Assembly (NCBI GenBank): GCA_951406725.2
Contig: OX597827.1
Coordinates: 28,644,001 to 28,708,000, forward strand
Source of the DNA: Octopus vulgaris
Taxonomy: Eukaryota
DNA length: 64,000 nucleotides
Direction: 5' to 3'
Part shown: positions 54,745-64,000 of the stretch, one piece after another
Numbering within the stretch: position 1 is the stretch's first letter
Layout: each line of letters begins with the position of its first letter
The notes under the pieces: generated by a model
What the model saw: only the letters and a program-made list of their open reading frames with translations
Database searches by the model: none
Told to the model about the DNA's origin: nothing
Made by a program: the position numbers and the translations under genes

Positions 54745-54792
54745 AAAAACTGTCTGATGAACGGCAACGAGAAACTCAGAGTAACAGATTTT
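54745..54792 (+). ncRNA. Type I hammerhead (H1), canonical core; predicted cut after GUA at 54783
   Basis: AAAACTGT-CTGATGA-ACG(GCAA)CGA-GAAA-CTCAGAG-TA-ACAGATTTT. Confidence 0.8.
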
Positions 54793-54889
54793 GTTGAATT
54801 TTCTGCTGCTTAAAATAAAGCATATTACTCTACCACTGGTATTTGAGTACTCTTTTTTCCACCTTGTTTCACATTTATGTGTTTACTCC

Positions 54890-54960
<71 letters not shown>

Positions 54961-55180
54961 TAATTAAATTTACCCTTTTATTACTATTGAAATAAAATTT
55001 ACTCCCTGATCGAAAACTGCAGTTTCTGTGGGATTACTCGTAACACACGTAGACTTTGAAGATAAATATGTGTTCTCATTCGGCTGTATATTTTTAGAAG
55101 TGCTGGTTAAATATCAGTTATGCGATGACGCTTGATCGCATACATATTTAATGCTAACACTCTCAAATCTATATTTGAAA

Positions 55181-55250
55181 TGCTACACTCATCAGGTGAA
55201 ATAAGTAAGTAAATATAACTTTACTTTAATCCCGAAACACGTATGTAGCA
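55181..55250 (+). ncRNA. Hammerhead-shaped motif with altered core (CTCATCA)
   Basis: TGCTACA-CTCATCA-GG...AAGTAAA/TTTACTT...CCC-GAAA-CACG-TA-TGTAGCA; perfect 7-bp stem I. Confidence 0.55.
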
Positions 55251-55542
55251 ATCTAAGTCGTGTGGATTCGTTATTTTTTCTCTTTGCCTACTGTATCCTA
55301 TAGAAATATTGATTCTTCACATAGGTGACGATGTGTTTAATTAGCTTGATCTCAATACTCTACATATACGTTTTTAGCAAATCCAGAAGCACGAAAGACT
55401 AACCTCTTATCATCAAGAAATGAACTCAGAAAATCTAAATTCATTGCAAACGCTCTACCTATACTGCCAATTGATTTCTACAGTATTTCTCGTATTGGAA
55501 CAAGGTAGCACATTTACAAGGAATGGTATAATGTGTTAATTC

Positions 55543-55790
55543 GAGGCGGCGAGCTGGCAGAAACGTTAGCACACCGGGCGAAATGCTTAGCGGTATTTCC
55601 TCTGGCGTTACGTTCTGAGTTCAAATTTCGCCGAGGTCGATTTTGACTTTCATCCTTTCGGGGTCGATAAATTAAGTACCAGTGATGCTCTGGGGTCGAT
55701 GTAATCGACTTAATCCCTTTGTCGGTCCTTGTTTGTCCCCTCTGTGTTTAGCTCCTTGTGGGTAGTAAAGAAATAGGCATTTCGTCTGTG
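55543..55790 (+). mobile_element. SINE family A with stem-loop tail
   Basis: GAGGCGGCGAGCTGGCAGAAACGTTAG...TGTCCCCTCTGTGTTTAGCTCCTTGTGGGTAGTAAAGAAATAGG. Confidence 0.9.
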
Positions 55791-57307
55791 TGAGTTTGGA
55801 TTTATTGATAATTATTATTGGGGTGCGTCTGTATGGTAAGTGCAAGTTTCTATGGACTGTTTTTGTGTTATTTCCTGTCATAATTAGAAATACCAGTGTA
55901 GTCATTCTCTTTCCTTATTCATATATATATATATAATTTTATATAATTAAATTTACCCTTTTATTACTATTGAAATAAAATTTACTCCCTGGTCGAAAAC
56001 TGCAGTTTCTGCGGGATTACTCGTAATACACGTAGACTTTGAAGATAAATACGTGTTCTCATTGTTCCTATTATAATTATTTGTGTGATAGTTTTCGTTC
56101 AAAACATATCGTGTGTTTTCCCCTGTGGGGGAAACGATTGCTGGCATGATGGTAAAAAGTGCATCTTCGTCTGGCAAAGAGTTGTCAACCGACAGGGAGG
56201 CAAATATGATTGAAAGTTTAATATTTGGCAATATTTCGGATTCTTCTGAACGTGAATTTCCCCAATCATCAATGTGTACTGTTGCAAAGAGGAATATTGA
56301 CGTGAAAACCCTTTAAACAGAAGAAAATATACAAAAAAGAAGTTTTACTTCGGCGCCTGGAGGTGGAACCCACCAGCTGTCGATAAACAAAAATGACCTG
56401 ATAAAGTACAAAGATATGATAACAATTTCGGTGTCGATAAATTAAGTACCAGTTACGTATTGGGGTCATTCTAATCGACTGGCCTCCTCCCCCAAACTTT
56501 TGGGCTTGTGCCTAGAGTAGAAAATAATACGTTAATTCGATCCAGTTAAATAATACGTTAATTCGATCCAGAAGATAGATCCTTCACTTTATTGAACTGA
56601 GAATCATGAGCATGGCTGAAACCAAACTCCGATATTTAGATAAACACCACTTTAATTTTGCAAGTCCACCGCTTTTGAGGAGTTAAAGTTTTGATTGAGA
56701 AATTTCACTATTGTCATGGTAACATCGCAGGATATATGTCTGCACTACTACGCTGGGGAAGTTCGCAACAACACATTAATCATAAGTTTTTCTGGACAGC
56801 CTAATATGGACTTGCGTCCGACATGGATATACATGGATCAACTGTCTAGTAAAAACTTCCATCGATTAGCTGCGAAGTCACCAGATGTCGGCTTTCTAAC
56901 GCTGGTCAATGCAAAACGTGATCGGGTTGAGCGTCGTTATTGAATCAGGCAAATCAAAGCAATGGCGAACAGATGTTCATGCGCAAGAAGGCAGCATTCA
57001 TATTTGTGACACGAAATCGAGTCACAGATGGGAAAGAGAAGCTTTTCTTCTTTGCAAGTCATACATGACTGAAAATCACAAAATAAGAAAGTTGATGACA
57101 AACGCATTCCATTCGTGGGTAATGAAAGACAATTTTCATCTTTGAGGAAAATAAAAAGCCACGATCTCATGATCTACAGTACCTCTGTCTGTCTGTCTGT
57201 CTGTCTGTCTGTGTGTCTGTCTGCCTGCCTGCCTGTCTGTCTGTATTCTCAAACAGTTGCATTGCTAAGCTAGTACTGAAAGGTAGTGAATGCTGTTCTT
57301 TCAATTC

Positions 57308-57351
<44 letters not shown>

Positions 57352-57370
57352 CAACAACAACAACAACAAC

Positions 57371-57407
<37 letters not shown>

Positions 57408-57419
57408 GTGATGATGATT

Positions 57420-57770
57420 TCATTTATTTACCACAAGGGCCAAGGATGAGGGGGACAATACAGAGACAGACATAAAGTTTTGGGGGTTTACATATAATAA
57501 TGAAATGGAAAGAAAAAGGTAAGTATACACGTATACACTGAAAAAGAAGGGACCTGAGCGTAACTTACATAGGTCAAAAAATGGCAGGGAGGATGATAGA
57601 GATGTGGCCCTCAAGATACAGGAACCCTCTAGGAATAATCGAGGAGCCCCTACTGTCTGATATTTCCCTGAAACCCTAGGAACAAGTACCCTTTCAAGTT
57701 CCTTCTCTCCGACTCACAGGTCTACACTTAGCAAGGTACCATCTACTCGTGCCATTTTTGCAACGTTCAA
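57420..57770 (-). mobile_element. Probable 3' end of a Tx1/L1-like LINE (last ORF2 codons plus 3'UTR)
   Basis: Minus frame LNVAKMARVDGTLLSVDL-stop, then UTR ending TGTCCCCCTCATCCTTGGCCCTTGTGGTAAATAAA; sits in an (AAT)n tract. Confidence 0.5.
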
Positions 57771-57818
57771 TAATAATAATGATAATAATAATGATGTGGT
57801 AGCAACAGCAGTAGCGGC

Positions 57819-57889
<71 letters not shown>

Positions 57890-58252
57890 ATGTTGGTGAA
57901 CGCCGTTATGGTTTCCAAAACTATTTTCATATTTCCTTTACAGCCTGGAGTAAGTTAGGAAGAACAAAAAGTATTAAAGAAATAAATGAAACGACGAGAT
58001 AGCGAAAGAAAGAACGAAGGAAAGAAAGAAAGAACGAACGAAAAGAAAAACAGAAAGAAAGAAAGAAAAATGTTTATTCTTCTTTCTGTAAATGAAATCA
58101 ATTTGTCTGTGAACCTAAAAGCAAAAAGGTTTTCTCTAAAGCTCTGCAATCTACGCAGATCTATCTACAAGACGTGAAGGAAGTGTTCTGATCTTCGGTC
58201 TAACTTTCAATTGAGAAGTTTTATATTCTGGCGGAAATGCAAAGATCACAAA

Positions 58253-58690
<438 letters not shown>

Positions 58691-59102
58691 GGTAAAGAGA
58701 AACCAGGAGAAGGAGAAAAAGAATATTATAATTCTATTTCTCTTTCACTTATTTCTGAAAGAAAAATATTTCAGGTAGAACGCAACTAGAAACGCAGAAA
58801 AACAATATCCTGTTTATACATACGACGATGTATATGAAAACATACATACATGCATACATACATACATGCATACATACATACATGCATACATGCATACATA
58901 CATACATACATACATACATACATACATACATACATACATACATACATACATTACATATGTACATGCGTGCATGCATATACAAACACAGGCACAAACACTC
59001 ACACACACAAACACACATAAATATATATACACAAACCTCCATATATATTCATAAGGATAGAAGGACCCAAACTTACATACACATATTAATATGCATATAC
59101 TA

Positions 59103-59167
<65 letters not shown>

Positions 59168-59272
59168 TTATGTATGTTTGTATGTATGTATGTATGCATG
59201 TATGTATATATGTATATAACTATATTCATTGGTATCCATGGACGTATATTTCTATATAGATATATATCTGTG

Positions 59273-59303
<31 letters not shown>

Positions 59304-59425
59304 ATATATATAGATATATATACATATCACATCATATAATCAAGATAAACATACACTTCTGCTACATACAGTTACACATGTGTGAGTGTATATAAATATA
59401 CAATATATATATATATAAATGTACA

Positions 59426-59469
<44 letters not shown>

Positions 59470-59635
59470 TTTATATTTATATATATATATATCAATCTAT
59501 TTGTCCATCTGTTTATCTACCTACCTATCTATATATCTATCTACTTACCTATCTATTTAGCCATCCATCTATCTAGAAAAACAGATGGACGGACAGACAG
59601 ACAGTCAGATAGATAGACTGATAGATAGATAGATT

Positions 59636-59692
<57 letters not shown>

Positions 59693-60158
59693 GTAGGTAG
59701 ATAGATAGAGAGATAGATAGAGAGATAGATAAGGATATATGTAAATTTGTATATACTTATGTACGTAAGTTTGTATATACTTACGTATGTTTGTATGTAT
59801 GTATGTATGTATGTATGTATGTATGTATGTATGTATGTATGTATGTATGTATGTATATCTGAGTATCTTGCACATAGCGTCAGAAGACTTCATTCAGAAA
59901 AATATTGAATCGATTTCCTCAATAATTTCAATAAATCCTTTTTCCCCCTATTTTTTTTTCTTTGTTATATTCCTTCTACTGTTTTCTTATTGTCTCCTTT
60001 GAAATGGAACTTTGGTATATTTAACTACATGTTTTGTTTGAACAGCAGTCTTTTATCTAAATTTTATATCTATCTACGAATACGTCACATGACGGCGTAT
60101 ATATACACATATACTAAAGTTCAATCACACACAGACACACACATATATGTGTGCGTGC

Positions 60159-60200
<42 letters not shown>

Positions 60201-60234
60201 GTATACATGTATATATATATATACATATACATAG

Positions 60235-60269
<35 letters not shown>

Positions 60270-60338
60270 CATATACATACATATATAATATATATGTATA
60301 TACATACATATGTATATATATACATACATATTTATATA

Positions 60339-60407
<69 letters not shown>

Positions 60408-60744
60408 ACATATGTATTTATGATATTGCATGAGAATATATGTTCACTAATAGTACAGGCGTTATGTTTTCTATAGATGAAGGTGAAAAATGTACAAAGT
60501 AAGAATTTGGAGAAGAACTAAAAAGATTGACTAAATATTAAAGAAACGAATCTAAGTTTGGAATATAGAATTTGCCAGCCGTTTATAAATGAACACTTTT
60601 GTGTACGTGCTTTTGTGTGTGTATGTATGTGTGTGTGTGTGTGTGTGACTTTTAACCCCTGTATCCAAACCTGGAGTATTGTGTAAAGATAGAGTCGATT
60701 CCAATTGATTAATTAAGTAACTGAATAGTTAATTATTATTATCA

Positions 60745-61650
60745 AGGAACCGAGCTGGTAGAATCGTTAATGCGTCATAGAGAATGCTTAGCGCCATTCC
60801 ATCCGTCTTTATTTTTCTGAGTTTCAATTTTCTACTTAGCTTCTCATCTCTATAAATACCATTTAAGCAATGGGATTGATATAATTGATTTACACCCCCC
60901 ACCCCACCCAGAAAATTGCTGGCCTCACGCCAAAATTTTCGACAAATATTATTATCAATGCAGCGAAGGAGGTGAGCTGGCAGAAACGTTAGCACGCCGG
61001 AAGTTCTGGGTTCAAATTCCGCCGATGTCGACTTAGCCTTTCATCTTTTCGGGGTCGATAAATTAAGTACCAGTTATGCACTGGGGTCGATATAATCGAC
61101 TTAATCCGTCTGTCTGTCCTTGTTTGTCCCCTCTGTATTTAGCCCCTTGTGGGTAGTAAACAAATAGGTATTTCATTTCGTCTGTCTTTACGTTCTGAGT
61201 TCAAATTCCGCCGAGGTCGACTTTGCCTTTCATCCATTCGGGGTCGATAAATTAAGTACTAGCTGCGTACTGGGGTCGATCTAATTGACTAGCCCTCTCC
61301 CCCAAATTTTCGGGCCTTGTGCCTAGAGTAGAAAAGAATCGTTAGCGCGCTGAACAAATGCTTACGTTCTGATTTCAAATTCTGCCGATGGCGACTTTGC
61401 CTTTATTCCTTTCAGGGTCGATAAATTAAGAACTAGATGAATACTGGGGTCGATATAATCGATTCATCCCCACTTCCCCCAAGCCGCCCTTGTGGCAAAT
61501 TTTAAAATAGGTATTATCAATGCAGCGAGCTGGCAAAATCGTTAGCGTGTCGAACAAAATAATTCACATCATTAATTCCGAATCATTACGTTCTGCATTC
61601 AAATATCGCAAATATCATCTTTGTCTTTTATCCGTCGGGGTCGATGAAAA
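60745..61650 (+). mobile_element. Head-to-tail cluster of about 5 SINE family A copies and fragments
   Basis: Repeated GAGCTGG.AGAA.CGTTA, TTCAAATT, GGGGTCGATAAATTAAG blocks. Confidence 0.85.
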
Positions 61651-61972
61651 TTGATCAGAATTATTACCATTTAAGATACTTAAGGTGTGTGCGTTCCCAG
61701 CCTGTCAAACTAGAGTAGTGGATAATGGAATAGGGTCGGGAATATAAGAATTAAAATCATTAATATCCTTGAAATGTCCTTACCCCATGCGACTCCATCA
61801 ACAAAGGCCATTTATGATAGAATTTACTTGAATATTCAAGAACGTAGGTGCTAAGCATGTCAGTTGACTCTACCAAGTTGTTTTGCGGGGCAGCTGCCGT
61901 CACTCAACTTAGTTCCTCTTATTGTAACAATATTTACATATATATAACAATATATTTTAGTATAATCTGATA

Positions 61973-62185
61973 GTGTGTGGAGGCGTGTGTGTGGACCGGG
62001 CGACGCGTTGCGTTCTTGAGCAAAATACTTCATTTCATGTTGCTCCAGTCCCCTCAGCTGGCAAAAATGAGTAACACTGCGATGGACTGGCGTCCCGTCC
62101 AGCTGGGTAACACATACGCCATAGAAACCAGGAAACCGGGCCCATAAGCCTGGCTAGGCTTTAAAAGGGCGCATTTATTTTATTT
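61973..62185 (+). mobile_element. SINE with CORE-like and V-like segments, head deleted
   Basis: TTCTTGAGCAAAATACTTCATTTC...CTGCGATGGACTGGCGTCCCGTCCAG...(TTTA)n. Confidence 0.7.
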
Positions 62186-62429
62186 TTATAATCATATAGT
62201 ATACTTTCTAAAGCTCCTCTGCAGATATCGGCTACCAAATGCTATAATGATGTGGGACCTCTTGTGTTACTGCACATACATGCGGAAATCCTTAAAATCC
62301 GTAATGTTTATACAAACATATTAATAAAAGAAGATAAATATGTAACAATACATACCTATATATGTGAATATGTATATAGGTATATATGAATACGTGTATA
62401 TATGAATATATACATACGTTATGCCATAC

Positions 62430-62735
62430 AGGTGTGTGGCTTAATAGCTCGGGCATTCGACACAACATCGTTTGATCATGAGTTGATTCCAAGCAACCTG
62501 TTGTGTCCTTGAGGAGACACTTTTTTGCACGTTGGTCCAGTCCACGAACCTAGCAAAAATGAATTGTACTTGTAATTCAAAGGGCCAGCTTCGTCACACT
62601 CCGTATCAGATGGAATCTCCCCGAGAACTACGTTACGGATACGTGTTTCTGTAAAGTGCTCAACCTCTTTCAGGCTACTTTCACGTTGATTGGATCAACT
62701 AGAGCGCACGTCGTCATAACCGACGGAAAGTAAGG
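62430..62735 (+). mobile_element. tRNA-derived SINE with CORE-like centre and family C long tail
   Basis: GTGTCCTTGAG...TTCAAAGGGCCAGC...CCCGAGAACTACGTTA...TAACCGACGGA. Confidence 0.75.
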
Positions 62736-63581
62736 CCATAAGTATGTGTGTGTGCATGCATGTGTATGTGTGTATATGTATGTTTGTATGAATGTATGTA
62801 TGAGTGCGTGTGTGTGTGTGTATGTGTGTTTGTATGTATTTATTTGTGTATGTATGAGTGCGTGTGTGTGTATGTGTGTGTATATATGCAGGTATGAGTG
62901 CATGTGTGCATGTACGTGTATGCATGTGTGCGAATGTGTGTGTTTGTATGTATTTATTTGTGTATGTATTAGTGCGTGTGTGTATATGTGTGTGTATATG
63001 TGTAGGTATGAGTGCGTGTGTGTATATGTATGTGTGTAAGTATCTATGTAATTATGCATGTTTCTAACGCTGCCTCTTTATGTGTATGATTAGGTGAATT
63101 TGCGTGTGTTACTTTATGTGTGAGTATGTGAGCGGTGTGTGCGCGCGCGTGCGTGTATATGTGTGTGTGTATGTGTGTGTGTGTGTTTGTGCACGCATGG
63201 GTGTATTTATGTAAGTGCTTGATACATCATAATCCAACACTGAAGGCAAAAATTGGAGTTAAATGTTTGCTGCTGAGAAAATAATCGTTGCTTTTGCATG
63301 AAATCTATTCAAAAACAATCCTGAAATCCAGGCAACGTTTTATCCGGCACTTGGATTGAAAACTCCAGCCTGCAGCTCAAACTTTTGGCCACAAATCTCC
63401 ATTGTTGCAACAGCTTATCGCCAGTGAAACCGTTTTAATTAGGTTAGAATACATTTACAACTTTTCATTCGTTACCTTTGTATCAAATATATCTGGCATC
63501 TGAAGGATCTCCGTCGTGTTCGAAGATCGATGAAATTACTTGCTTCTGTTTCTAACGTGTAACTGGCGGAGAATCTCTTAT

Positions 63582-63960
63582 GTTTTACTTGTTTTAGCCA
63601 TTTGACTGCGCCCATGTTGTGGCACTGCCTTTTAGTAAATTTTTGTTTTGGTTATTTTCTGTGTTTTAGGAAAATGAAACGAACCCGCTACTTACTGTAT
63701 TCTTTCAAGCCTGGTACGTATTCTATCGATTATTTTGGCCGAACCACTAAGTTACGGGAACATGAGCACACCAACGTCCAGTGTCAAGCGGTAAAGGAGG
63801 ACAAACACAGACACAAAGACACACACACATTATATACTACAGGCTTCACATTATATATAACAGGCTTGTTTCGGTTTCCGCCTACCAAATCCACTTACAT
63901 GACTTTGATTAGCCGAGGCTATAGCAGAAGATATTTGTGCCAAACAGTCGGACTCGATCT
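63582..63960 (-). mobile_element. Old SINE family B copy
   Basis: TTTTACTTGTTTTAGCCATTTGACTGCG...TAAGTTACGGG...CTACCAAATCCACT...GGCTATAGCAGAAGA. Confidence 0.75.
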
Positions 63961-64000
63961 ACATTAAAATTACACGAATTTGAGGAATACTCAACCAATT

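Larger units (their letters stand above)
54015..54891. mobile_element. Family H1 element, large tail-to-tail palindrome in (TA)n
   Basis: 54015-54334 is inverted against 54501-54820 with few mismatches; right arm extends to ...GTTTACTCCGG then (TA)n. Confidence 0.9.
53857..56062 (+). mobile_element. Terminally redundant pLTR-like element (family H6), host to the H1 palindrome and a SINE
   Basis: Direct repeat: 53950-53995 plus 54957-55080 equals 55882-56062; short inverted copy at 53857-53901. Confidence 0.6.

Noticed and set aside
56113-56395. Helitron PIF1-helicase-like fragment (TVAKRNIDVKTL)
   Set aside because: Resemblance rests on a few residues; no other helicase motif nearby.

Overview
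AT-rich, repeat-saturated eukaryotic DNA, intergenic or intronic. The SINE families and microsatellite load look like an octopus genome; this is recognition from memory, not a database result. I found no intact host gene, rRNA, tRNA gene or CRISPR array. Almost all supplied ORFs are microsatellite artefacts or decayed transposon frames. The window holds dozens of tRNA-derived SINEs, a pile-up of R4/Dong-like LINE pieces in (AAT)n tracts (7.4-18.2 kb), a CR1-group LINE, an RTE LINE, mariner/maT/piggyBac relics and two Helentron-type elements. Two less obvious systems stand out. (1) At least 5-6 unrelated families of short non-coding elements, mostly in (TA)n tracts and arranged as inverted or tandem repeats, each carry a minimal type I hammerhead ribozyme fold (Penelope pLTR/retrozyme-like). 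(2) Three diverged copies of one ORF1 family (gag-like, CCHC knuckle) lack any RT. One is complete with a 15-bp TSD, and two share a 3' stem-loop tail with a LINE 3' end and with the commonest SINE. Coordinates were read by eye and may be off by a few bases.
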